Shown here: piece after piece, positions 1 through 8,009 of the stretch | Position numbering within the stretch: position 1 is the stretch's first letter | How the letters are laid out: the number at the start of each line of letters is the position of its first letter | Assembly (NCBI GenBank): GCA_040882355.1 | Contig: JBBEBM010000004.1 | Span: forward strand, 112,482 to 176,481 | Reading direction: 5' to 3' | From: Dehalococcoidia bacterium | Lineage (GTDB): Bacteria; Chloroflexota; Dehalococcoidia; DSTF01; RBG-16-68-14 | DNA: 64,000 nt | The notes under the pieces: model-generated | Seen by the model: the letters and a program-made list of their open reading frames with translations, nothing else | What the model was told of the DNA's origin: nothing | Databases searched by the model: none | Translations under genes and position numbers: made by a program

Positions 1-117
1 CTCGCCACAACCGTACTTGGTCCCGGTCAGGCCGAGGTCAAAGCGCAGATAGCTGAGCAGGTTGCGCCGCGTGTCGGGCGCTTCGCGCGGCTGGCCGTTG
101 ACTTCCAGAGCAGGCAT
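1..117 (-). CDS. (2Fe-2S)-binding subunit, CoxS/CutS family, partial (3' end runs off window)
   Basis: Manual translation MPALEVNGQPREAPDTRRNLLSYLRFDLGLTGTKYGCGE; LTGTKYGCG is the first Fe-S motif; not in the ORF track. Confidence 0.85.
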   Translation of the reverse strand, partial: MPALEVNGQPREAPDTRRNLLSYLRFDLGLTGTKYGCGE

Positions 118-134
118 CTCGCGCGTGTCGCGTC

Positions 135-635
135 TCAGCTTGCGCCGTCCGCCGCGGCGGCGATCGCGTCGACGATCTTCGTGTAGCCGGTGCAGCGGCA
201 GAGGTTGCCGGCGATGGCGGCGCGGATCTCCTCGCGTGATGGCTTCGGGTTGTGGTCGAGGAGCGTCTTGCCGGCCAGAATCATGCCCGGGATGCAGAAG
301 CCGCACTGGACCGCGCCCTTGTCGATGAACGCCTGCTGCACGGGGTGGAGCTCGCCGTCCTGCGCGAGGCCCTCGATGGTCGTGATCTCGCAGCCGTCCG
401 CCTGGGGCGCGAGCATCAGGCACGACGTGATCAGCCGTCCGTCGACGATCATCGAGCAGGCGCCGCAGTCGCCGGTGCCGCAGCCCTCCTTCGCGCCCGT
501 CAGGCGCAGGTCGTCGCGCACGACTTCGAGCAGCGTGCGGTTCGGGTCGATGTACGCCTCGCGAGAGCGTCCGTTGATCACGTAACGAACGGCGAGCTTC
601 TGGCTGGTCGGTTCGTCAACGCGTAGCAGGGTCAT
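135..635 (-). CDS. coxS: (2Fe-2S)-binding small subunit of xanthine/CO dehydrogenase family
   Basis: GAKEGCGTGDCGAC, QCGFCIPG and GNLCRCTGY motifs. Confidence 0.93.
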   Translation of the reverse strand: MTLLRVDEPTSQKLAVRYVINGRSREAYIDPNRTLLEVVRDDLRLTGAKEGCGTGDCGACSMIVDGRLITSCLMLAPQADGCEITTIEGLAQDGELHPVQQAFIDKGAVQCGFCIPGMILAGKTLLDHNPKPSREEIRAAIAGNLCRCTGYTKIVDAIAAAADGAS

Positions 636-655
636 GAGCAGTCCTTCTATCCTTA

Positions 656-764
656 TCAGTCGCGCGGTGACTGGAGCGGGCGCGAGAAGAGGGCCTTCAA
701 GAGCATGTCACCGACGCGAGGCTCCACGTTCTCCTCGTCAAACACGACGATCCCGAATGATGCT
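656..764 (-). pseudogene. Decayed 3' fragment of a second aspartyl-protease-like gene
   Basis: With one frameshift reads SIIR/IVVFDEENVEPRVGDMLLKAL, aligning to SAIRIVAIGEEGDEPLLGADALQGL of the adjacent gene. Confidence 0.5.
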
Positions 765-1121
765 CCTCAGCCTGAGCGCTTCGACTGGAACGAGGCGCTC
801 AGCGACCGGGTCGACGGCAAGGAGCAATCCTTGAAGTGCGTCAGCCCCCAGCAGGGGTTCATCGCCCTCCTCGCCGATGGCGACGATGCGGATCGCGGAG
901 GTCCCGTCAAACCGGATCCAGGTCTGCCCGATCTCCTGGTCGAAGGTTCGGCCGTCCGCAAGGCGGAAACGGGCTCTTCGTAGCGGCTGGACGCCCAGCC
1001 GTTCTAGCATTGACCGTGGAACCACAGTGTAGGCCGATCCAGTGTCGACGGGCAGGGAGACCTTCTCCCAACGCTCTCCCTGCGGGTCGCCCACCTCGAC
1101 CTCGACGCTAAACGTGCTCAT
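738..1121 (-). CDS. Clan AA retropepsin-like aspartyl protease family protein
   Basis: VDTGSAYTVVP motif, LADGR, PLLGADAL; ATGA overlap with coxM stop. Confidence 0.88.
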   Translation of the reverse strand: MSTFSVEVEVGDPQGERWEKVSLPVDTGSAYTVVPRSMLERLGVQPLRRARFRLADGRTFDQEIGQTWIRFDGTSAIRIVAIGEEGDEPLLGADALQGLLLAVDPVAERLVPVEALRLRSIIRDRRV

Positions 1122-1996
1122 CGCTCAGCCCGCGCCCGCTCCAGGGCGATGCCCAGGCAGCGCTTCGTCATCGCGCCGACGAGGTAGCGCCGGAAGTCGG
1201 CCGAGCCGCGCACGTCCGAGATCGGCGTCGCCGCCGCCTGGGCGAGCTCCGCCGCGCGCGCGAACAGCTCGCCGGAGGGCGGCTGGCCGGTGAGCGCCTG
1301 CTCGGCTTCGGGCGCGCGGATTGGCGTCGGGGCGACGGCGCCCAGGCAGATGCGGGCTTCACTGATCGTGCCGCCGTCCGGCGAAAGCGTGAGCCGGACG
1401 CCCACACCGACGACCGCGATGTCCATGATCTTGCGCGGCGTGTGTCGCTGGTAGACGCTGCCCGTCTTGGGCGGGGGCGCGGGCAGGCGCAGCGCGACGA
1501 TGATCTCGCCGGGAGCGAGCGTGGTGCGGCCGGGCCCGGCGAACAGCTCGCCGACGGGCATTTCGCGCGTCCCGCCCGGCCCGACGATCTCGGCGACGGC
1601 GTCGAGCACGATGAGCGGCGGCACGGTGTCGGCGGAGGGCGCGGCGTTCGCGACGTTGCCGCCGAGGGTGGCCAGGTTGCGCGTCTGGGTGGAGCCGAGC
1701 ACCCCGGCGCCGTCCGCGAGGGCGGTGTAGCGCGAGCGAACGTCCGGGTGCGCGTCGACGTCCGCCGTGAGCGTGCCCGCGCCGATGCGCAGCCCGCCGG
1801 CCGGAGTGGACTCGATGCCGCGTAGCTCCGAGAGGGCGTGCAGGCTGACGACGGCGGAGGGGTGGAGGCCGGCCTCCTTCATCTGCACGAGCAGGTCCGT
1901 GCCGCCCGCGAGCAGCCGAACGCCGTCGCCTCGCTCCTCCAGCAGCGTGACGGCTTCGTCGAGCGATTGCGGCGCAAAGTACTCGAATCGACGCAT
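1118..1996 (-). CDS. coxM: FAD-binding medium subunit, xanthine/CO dehydrogenase family
   Basis: LAGGTDL, RNLATLGGNVANAAPSAD, DVRGSADFR motifs. Confidence 0.93.
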   Translation of the reverse strand: MRRFEYFAPQSLDEAVTLLEERGDGVRLLAGGTDLLVQMKEAGLHPSAVVSLHALSELRGIESTPAGGLRIGAGTLTADVDAHPDVRSRYTALADGAGVLGSTQTRNLATLGGNVANAAPSADTVPPLIVLDAVAEIVGPGGTREMPVGELFAGPGRTTLAPGEIIVALRLPAPPPKTGSVYQRHTPRKIMDIAVVGVGVRLTLSPDGGTISEARICLGAVAPTPIRAPEAEQALTGQPPSGELFARAAELAQAAATPISDVRGSADFRRYLVGAMTKRCLGIALERARAER

Positions 1997-2060
1997 GGCG
2001 CGCGCCTATTGTAGCGCACCCCTACCCGTACGTGAAGGTTAGGGAACGGTTACACGGGCC

Positions 2061-2090
2061 TTGACGAGGCTCCAGCCGATAAACTACAGT
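2061..2090 (+). promoter_or_regulatory. Putative sigma70 promoter of the hypothetical-PIN pair
   Basis: TTGACG-18 nt-TACAGT, 9 nt before ATG 2100. Confidence 0.55.
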
Positions 2091-2099
2091 AGGGAACCC

Positions 2100-3050
2100 A
2101 TGACAGGACAAGACCCAAGCTGGTTTGAGTTTACGGTGTACGATACCGAGGGCGATGGCATTGAGATTCCCAAACTCGCCCGCCTGCTGGAAGACATCTC
2201 GGCAGCCTTTTACTCGATAGCCCGTGCCAAGATCGGAGCGGCAGGGTCCCGGGCCGGGCGACGAACCATCGCTGAGGAGACGATCGGCGGAGCCAGAGTT
2301 CTCCGCGTTTTGCCAGGGAGCGCCCGAATCGAGTTGGCCCCTCCCGTAAGTGCAGCCCAAGCCCAGCTTCCCCTCTTGGACGAGCCTACGGCCGACGACG
2401 TCGCATTCGAGTTCTATGAAGAGATCCGTAATATCGAGGCAGGCAGACCGGCTGCTGAGGAACGCTGGGATGTTCGGCGGCGTCTCCGAACGGTGATTGA
2501 GCACGCGGCCGAGATTGGGTCGCGAGCCGAGATCAAGTATCGGCCCCTGGTGCGCGGGCCCAATTTCCCACAGGACGCCGTTCTGATAACCAGTTTTCGA
2601 ACCAAGGAGTTGCCGTCTGAGGCGCCTGTTCGTCGTTCGAACCGTAGTCGGCGCGTCTCTGGTCACGCGTACATGGTCGACGTGGAACCTGGTAGACAGC
2701 GCCTGAGGCTGAAGCTACCGGATGGCAGAGACCTCACCGTCGAGGTCGATGGGGCTTTGGCCGCAAGGATTCCCGCCGCATTGGATCATGTGGTCGAAAT
2801 CGATGTCCAGGAGGAATTCGAAGGCGAGGTCTCCACCAGTCGGATGGCCCGCAATATCGACATCTTGGCATCGTCTGGCCGCGGAAGCGACAAGCCGCCG
2901 AAGTCTGTAGAGGAGCTTGAACGCGAACAGAATCTCCCTGCTGAGCGGCCGGACTATGTCTCACTGGCAACCACGATTTGGGAAACGGAGGATGAGGTGA
3001 CCCAGTTCGAGGAGCACATACGACAGGTCCGTCAGGCCAGTACAGCCTAG
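2100..3050 (+). CDS. Hypothetical protein with possible antitoxin-like C-terminal tail
   Basis: Long ORF with visibly lower GC3 than flanks; start moved to ATG 2100 after the promoter; stop 11 nt before a PIN gene. Confidence 0.75.
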   Translation: MTGQDPSWFEFTVYDTEGDGIEIPKLARLLEDISAAFYSIARAKIGAAGSRAGRRTIAEETIGGARVLRVLPGSARIELAPPVSAAQAQLPLLDEPTADDVAFEFYEEIRNIEAGRPAAEERWDVRRRLRTVIEHAAEIGSRAEIKYRPLVRGPNFPQDAVLITSFRTKELPSEAPVRRSNRSRRVSGHAYMVDVEPGRQRLRLKLPDGRDLTVEVDGALAARIPAALDHVVEIDVQEEFEGEVSTSRMARNIDILASSGRGSDKPPKSVEELEREQNLPAERPDYVSLATTIWETEDEVTQFEEHIRQVRQASTA

Positions 3051-3061
3051 CCTCCAAATCG

Positions 3062-3505
3062 ATGGCGGACTACGTCGTTGCGGATACTACCCTTTTCGCC
3101 CATTTGACCAAGGCGAGTCGGCATTCCGCATCCTACGAGCGAATGCTCGGTGGACGCCGCCTCGCGGCTTCCTTCCAGACGCCACCAGAGCTACTCAGTG
3201 CTGGCTATGGTGTCAAGAGACAACAGCGGGTTGACGATCTTCTGATCGTCACTCTGAAGCTACCGCATTCAGAGGCGACCGACGTTTGGTATGGTCGGGT
3301 CGCCGAACGGCGGAGGGCACTGAAGAAGTGGGCTCAGCCCGGTAGCGACGCCTCGGATGCCGACATGTGGATCATAAGCTCCGCGCTAGAATACGGGTTC
3401 CCACTGTTCAGCCACGACAAGCAGCAGGTCCAGCTTGGCAGGGCCATGGGCCTCCGAGTGCTCACCAGTCTCGACGGGCTAAAGGACGATAATCCCACGA
3501 TCTAG
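3062..3505 (+). CDS. PIN domain (VapC-like) ribonuclease
   Basis: VVADTT, TPPEL, SDADMWI and FSHD supply the four acidic PIN residues. Confidence 0.8.
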   Translation: MADYVVADTTLFAHLTKASRHSASYERMLGGRRLAASFQTPPELLSAGYGVKRQQRVDDLLIVTLKLPHSEATDVWYGRVAERRRALKKWAQPGSDASDADMWIISSALEYGFPLFSHDKQQVQLGRAMGLRVLTSLDGLKDDNPTI

Positions 3506-3521
3506 CCAAGACAGCCCGCCA

Positions 3522-3542
3522 GCCTCCAGCTTCCAGCGTCTA
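3522..3542. repeat. Heptamer tandem repeat GCNTCNA x3
   Basis: gcctcca gcttcca gcgtcta; the final CTA is the stop codon of the convergent gene. Confidence 0.6.
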
Positions 3543-4064
3543 GCTCTGAAGTTGAGCGTGCTCCATCAGCCAAGCGACGTGCTCCGCGTAGTGCTCGTAG
3601 GTGTTGCCGGCGATCCACTTCACGATCGGCGCGCCGCTGTCCTTGCCAGGCTCGTTCGGCTGGTAATGAGAGTACGTCTTGAACAAGTCCGCGTCGGTGA
3701 GCGCGGCGAGCAGATCCTGCTGCGTCTGGCGGAACTCGGCGAGCACGTCCGCCAGCGATAGGTCCTTGCCGTGCTCGTGGACGGCGGCGTTGATCCCGTC
3801 CGTTCCGGCGGTCAGGTACGTCCGCTCATCCACGCCCATGGCCTCGTAGCGCGGCCGGCGTCGCAGCAGGGCGGCGATTCCCCGCTCCCATGCCGCGAGG
3901 TGAGCGAGGTGGTCCTTCACCGACCAGCCCTCGTATGGGCCTGGCGCGACGAGCTGCGCATCGGTCAAGCGGGAGATGGTCTCGTCCAACGCCGCCCGCG
4001 CCGCTTCGATGCGCTCGATCAGCGCCGTCTTGTCTTGCGGCAGGCGCTGCGTGAGGTCGGTCAT
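3540..4064 (-). CDS. DinB / ClbS-DfsB family four-helix-bundle protein
   Basis: GWSVKDHLAHLAAWE and NTYEHYAEH metal-binding His pattern. Confidence 0.85.
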   Translation of the reverse strand: MTDLTQRLPQDKTALIERIEAARAALDETISRLTDAQLVAPGPYEGWSVKDHLAHLAAWERGIAALLRRRPRYEAMGVDERTYLTAGTDGINAAVHEHGKDLSLADVLAEFRQTQQDLLAALTDADLFKTYSHYQPNEPGKDSGAPIVKWIAGNTYEHYAEHVAWLMEHAQLQS

Positions 4065-4456
4065 CGCCCGCCCTCTCCGCTGCTCTTGCGCGCGTAATCG
4101 TCGAGCGCGCCATGGAGCGCATCCGCGGCCAGCACGGAGGCGTGGAGCTTGCTTGGCGGCAGGCCGCCCAGCGCCTCGACGAGCGCCTCGCGCGTGAGCG
4201 CGGCTGCCTCCTCCAGCGACATGCCGCGCGCCAGCTCGCTGAGCAGGCTGCTGGCCGCGATCGACGCTGCGCAGCCGTCCGACTGCCAGCGCGCCTCCTC
4301 GATGCGCGCGCCTTCGATGCGCAGCATGAGCAGCAGCGTGTCGCCGCAGACAGGGTTCGTCATGTAGCCGATCGCGTTCGCATCGTCGAGCGCTCCGCTG
4401 TTGCGCGGCCGCTCGAAGTGATCCATGACGATCTCGGAGTAGCCCTCGCTCGTCAC
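4061..4456 (-). CDS. IscU/NifU-family Fe-S scaffold-like protein (third Cys absent)
   Basis: YSEIVMDHFERPRN, NPVCGD, GCAASIAASS, LPPSKLHAS; GTG start overlapping the upstream TGA. Confidence 0.88.
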   Translation of the reverse strand: MTSEGYSEIVMDHFERPRNSGALDDANAIGYMTNPVCGDTLLLMLRIEGARIEEARWQSDGCAASIAASSLLSELARGMSLEEAAALTREALVEALGGLPPSKLHASVLAADALHGALDDYARKSSGEGGR

Positions 4457-4911
4457 AGCTCGATCCCCAACGCGCGGAACGCCTCCTCCAACTGGGAGAG
4501 GCTGTTCGGGCTGAACGGGTTCGCGGCGTAAGAGATCGTGCCGTCTTGCTCGACGACGAAGAGCGCCCGGCGCGAGCGATGCGGGTCGTCCTCGGCGAGG
4601 GCGTCGTAGGCGCGGGCGGCGCTCAGGTCCGCGTCCGATGCGAGCGCGAAGGGGACGCCGCCCAGGCGCTCGGCGAACGCGCGGTGCGATTCGACGCTGT
4701 CCGCGCTCACGGCGATGACGCCGGCGCCCACCTCGCACAGCGCGTCGTGCGCGTCCTTCAGCGCTGCGATCTCGGTCGAGCACGTGGGCGTGGCGTCCTC
4801 GAAGTAGAAGGCCAGCAGCACGCGGCCCTGGAGCAGCCGGTCGGGCAGGCGCACGTCGCCGTCCGTGCCCGGCAGGACGAAGTCGGGCGCCTTGTCGCCG
4901 GCGCTAGGCAT
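4453..4911 (-). CDS. Peroxiredoxin, BCP/PrxQ family
   Basis: GDKAPDF, FYFEDATPTC (TxxC peroxidatic motif), VSADSVESHRAF. Confidence 0.85.
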   Translation of the reverse strand: MPSAGDKAPDFVLPGTDGDVRLPDRLLQGRVLLAFYFEDATPTCSTEIAALKDAHDALCEVGAGVIAVSADSVESHRAFAERLGGVPFALASDADLSAARAYDALAEDDPHRSRRALFVVEQDGTISYAANPFSPNSLSQLEEAFRALGIEL

Positions 4912-6070
4912 CGTCGCCCGCCGCAAACCCCAACAGATCGCCCGGCTCGACGCCCTTGCGCTGGGCGAGGACGCGGATGCGCCCCAGCCCGGCCGGGTCG
5001 ATCAGCTCCTGCACGGCGCGCCTGCGCGCGTAGTACTCCTCGAGCGCGTCCGGCGATTCGCGCGCGACGCTGTCCACCCCCGCGCCGATGCCCAGGCTCG
5101 CGAGGAAACGCGCCTGCGTCGTGAGGCCGGCCGTGGCCAGGCCATGCCCTTCGCCGGCGCGCATCAGCGTCGTGAAGTCGACGTGGGCCGTGATGTCCTG
5201 CTTGCCGATGCGCGCGTAGGGGTCGGTGCTGGGGTTGTGGCGATAGAAGCAGAGCAGCGTGCCGTCGCGGCGCCAGGGCGCGTAGAGTTCGCGCGCCGGG
5301 TAGCCGTAATCGAACGTGAGGACGAAGCCGCGACCGAGCGATCGCGCGGCCTGCGCCATCCAATCGACGGCCTGGAGGTTGACCTCGGCCACGCAGCCTT
5401 CGCCGGGCGACAGGCCGAGATCGGCGAAGTACCGCGCAATGCCGTTCGTCGAGAGCGGGCGGAGCTGCGCCTCGAACCGGCCGCCGTCGTGCGAGACATA
5501 TACCTCAAGCAGGTTGCCGTTCGTCTGGGTGACGCGGTGCACCGGGAAGGCGTCGATCAGCTCGTTGCTCAGCAGGCAGCCCTCGATGCTGTCCGGAAGG
5601 TGGTCTAGCCACTCGACGTTAGGCGGCGGCGAAAGCTGCGCCAGCGTCTCCTCCTGTCGCCGGCTGAGCGCCGCGCTGATCTCGACGATGCGATAGTGCA
5701 GCGCCCCCGCGAAGTCCGGCGCCCGCGTCTGCGCCCAACGGAGGATGTCGCGGGCGAGCAGGCCGGTGCCCGCCCCCTGCTCGACGACGTCGAAGGGCGC
5801 CGGGCGGCCCATCAGCTCCCAGCACTGCGCCTGCTGCTTCGCCACCAGCGCTCCGAAGATCGGGTGCACCTCGGGGCTGGTGAGGTAGTCGCCCTGGCGG
5901 CCCATCGGCTCGCGCGTCACATAGTAGCCGAGCTGTGGGTGGTAGAGCGCCGTCTCCATGAAGTCGTGAAACGTGATCGCGCCTTCCGCGTGGATGCGCC
6001 TGCGCAGCAGCTCGACCAGCGCAGCGCTCTCGGTCGCGGCTTCGAAGTCGTCCGTGGCCCCGTAGCTCAT
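4904..6070 (-). CDS. SAM-dependent methyltransferase, MidA/NDUFAF7 family
   Basis: FMETALYHPQLGYY, GDYLTSPE, EQGAGTG, SNELIDAFP, DYG, QDITAHVDF. Confidence 0.92.
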   Translation of the reverse strand: MSYGATDDFEAATESAALVELLRRRIHAEGAITFHDFMETALYHPQLGYYVTREPMGRQGDYLTSPEVHPIFGALVAKQQAQCWELMGRPAPFDVVEQGAGTGLLARDILRWAQTRAPDFAGALHYRIVEISAALSRRQEETLAQLSPPPNVEWLDHLPDSIEGCLLSNELIDAFPVHRVTQTNGNLLEVYVSHDGGRFEAQLRPLSTNGIARYFADLGLSPGEGCVAEVNLQAVDWMAQAARSLGRGFVLTFDYGYPARELYAPWRRDGTLLCFYRHNPSTDPYARIGKQDITAHVDFTTLMRAGEGHGLATAGLTTQARFLASLGIGAGVDSVARESPDALEEYYARRRAVQELIDPAGLGRIRVLAQRKGVEPGDLLGFAAGDDA

Positions 6071-6173
6071 GGCTGCTCCATGGTAGCGAACGGGCGGAGG
6101 AGGCGGCGGAGAGTTCATGCAATGGCAACGCATCGGTAACAGGGACGTAAAGCTGACCCGTTAGGCTGGAAGC

Positions 6174-6554
6174 ATGAGCAATCGAATCATCCTCGGCAAC
6201 CTGGAGATCGAACGGGGCCGCCTCGAAGCCTGGGCCGACGGCCGGCGGGTCGACCTCACGCTCGTCGAGTTCAGGCTCCTCCGCGAGATCGCGGCGGACC
6301 CGAACCGAGTCGTTTCGCGTCAGCGACTGCTGGAGATCGTGCGGTCCGGCTCGCCGGCCGCGAAGGACCGCGCGCTGACCACGCAGATGTCGCGGCTGCG
6401 GAAGAAGATCGCCGCAAGCCGGCCGTGGCGCATCGAGGCGGTGACGAAGCGCGGCTACGCGCTGAGGAACACGCTGCGAGAGCCTCGCCTGCCGATGTTC
6501 GTGCTCGCGCACGCCCCGGTGACGCACACCCGGGCGTTAGTGGAGGGCCGATAG
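6174..6554 (+). CDS. Stand-alone OmpR/PhoB-type winged-helix DNA-binding protein
   Basis: LTLVEFRLL, VVSRQRLL, SRLRKKI, IEAVTKRGY; no receiver domain; TAGGCT 6 nt upstream suggests a leaderless mRNA. Confidence 0.85.
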   Translation: MSNRIILGNLEIERGRLEAWADGRRVDLTLVEFRLLREIAADPNRVVSRQRLLEIVRSGSPAAKDRALTTQMSRLRKKIAASRPWRIEAVTKRGYALRNTLREPRLPMFVLAHAPVTHTRALVEGR

Positions 6555-6659
6555 TGATGCTGCGTTGTTCCCGTGTCTCCCGGCGAACCTGGCGCCTGAT
6601 GGGGCCGGGCGCCCGCGACCAGCCGTAGCAGGCGGGTTCTCGGGTGTAGACGACAACGG

Positions 6660-6710
6660 AGAGAGCAGGCAGCGCACTTCCCCGCCACCGGTGCCCGCCG
6701 CCTGCTCTCT
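6660..6710. terminator. Hairpin between convergent genes
   Basis: agagagcaggc...gcctgctctct inverted repeat with C-rich loop. Confidence 0.5.
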
Positions 6711-6754
6711 TCGCGTGTTGGGCGCCGGTCGTGCCTCCGGCGCGGGGCAGGTGC

Positions 6755-7951
6755 TCAGTGGGCGATGGCCGGGATGGGTTCGCGGGCTGGCGGGAATATT
6801 GGAACCTTCATGAACGTGAAGATGAGGCCGGCGTACCATTCCTGATCTGGCTTGCTCGGCAGATTGGTGAAGGCAGTGCATCTGCCGTTGACTTCGTCGA
6901 CGAAGTCGAAGCGCAACTGCGGGCAGTCGCGGCAGGCCCACGCCTGCGGCGGTTCTGCGCTCCGGAACGCGGTCGCCATTCGTGCTGCCACCGCGTCGAC
7001 CTTCTGGAGTTCGATTGGGGTCCATGCACAATCGAGCCGCTCGAAGACACCAGCACGCAGGCCGCCATTCTGGCCCGCATTCTTCAGGAACAGGCCCCCA
7101 ACCCACTGGGCCCACACGCCCGACACGTTCCGGACGAGTTGCCAGCGGCGGCCGTCTTCGTCCAGCCACTCAAGCTTGACCAGTCCCGTATTTCGAAAGG
7201 TCCAGCCGCCGAGCAGCGCGGCGCCCTCCGGCACGTCGTACAGTGACGCCCATTCGGTCCGCGCATTGTCCGGGTTCAGCTCCCGCCAGTTGAGCGGCAA
7301 GTAGCACGAGAGCGTGAGGAGCACATCGTTGCTGCCTTGCTGGGACGCCCACCATCGAAGGGCCGCGTTGATCACCATCGTCATCGGCCACAGGAAGAGC
7401 AGGGCGGCGAACAGCGTATAGTAGAGGACCTGCGCGACCATGAGGTGGCCTGACATGGCGATCAGCAACGTGACACCTACCAACGCCGCGAACAAACCCA
7501 TGATGACGAGGAGCATCACGCCCATCTGCGAAAAGAAGAGGCGGCTTAGTCTCACGCCCGCGCTCTTGTAGAGGTCGAAGAGGACGTAGAGCCCCAGGGG
7601 GAGCAGCGGGATTCCAACGTCAGTCTGCCTGAAGTGAGGGTCGCCAATCTTCGCGAAGAGAGCAGCGAGGCCGACGAGGGCGCACATGATCCCGCCGAGG
7701 TTCAGCGCGATCGCGCGTACTTCGCGGCCCGCCGCGCTGCTCGGCCGGGCGATTCTCAGGCCGATGAACAGGAGCACGATGGGCACCGGTGCAATGAGGC
7801 TGTTGGTGATCGTGAGCGCGATCGTAAGCGGCACCCCGCCCTCCGGCCAGCCTCCGATGCCGAGATGAGGCAGCACCCGCCAGCCGAGCTTCGCGACCAC
7901 GGCTAAGGCCACCGCTCCGAAGATGAGGGCTTGGGCTCTCGTTAGCCGCAT
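6755..7951 (-). CDS. Hypothetical multi-pass membrane protein with C-terminal CxxC-containing domain (paralog 1)
   Basis: About 6 hydrophobic segments then WACRDCPQLRFDF; GGAGG RBS; homologous to the next gene. Confidence 0.8.
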   Translation of the reverse strand: MRLTRAQALIFGAVALAVVAKLGWRVLPHLGIGGWPEGGVPLTIALTITNSLIAPVPIVLLFIGLRIARPSSAAGREVRAIALNLGGIMCALVGLAALFAKIGDPHFRQTDVGIPLLPLGLYVLFDLYKSAGVRLSRLFFSQMGVMLLVIMGLFAALVGVTLLIAMSGHLMVAQVLYYTLFAALLFLWPMTMVINAALRWWASQQGSNDVLLTLSCYLPLNWRELNPDNARTEWASLYDVPEGAALLGGWTFRNTGLVKLEWLDEDGRRWQLVRNVSGVWAQWVGGLFLKNAGQNGGLRAGVFERLDCAWTPIELQKVDAVAARMATAFRSAEPPQAWACRDCPQLRFDFVDEVNGRCTAFTNLPSKPDQEWYAGLIFTFMKVPIFPPAREPIPAIAH

Positions 7952-8009
7952 CGTCGTACCTCCATCGCTATGCTCGGCAGGCGACGCCTTTTCGCAGCGA
8001 CGCTGACCG

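Noticed and set aside
135-1996. Aerobic CO dehydrogenase assignment
   Set aside because: Large subunit with the diagnostic active-site motif is not in the window, so substrate cannot be assigned
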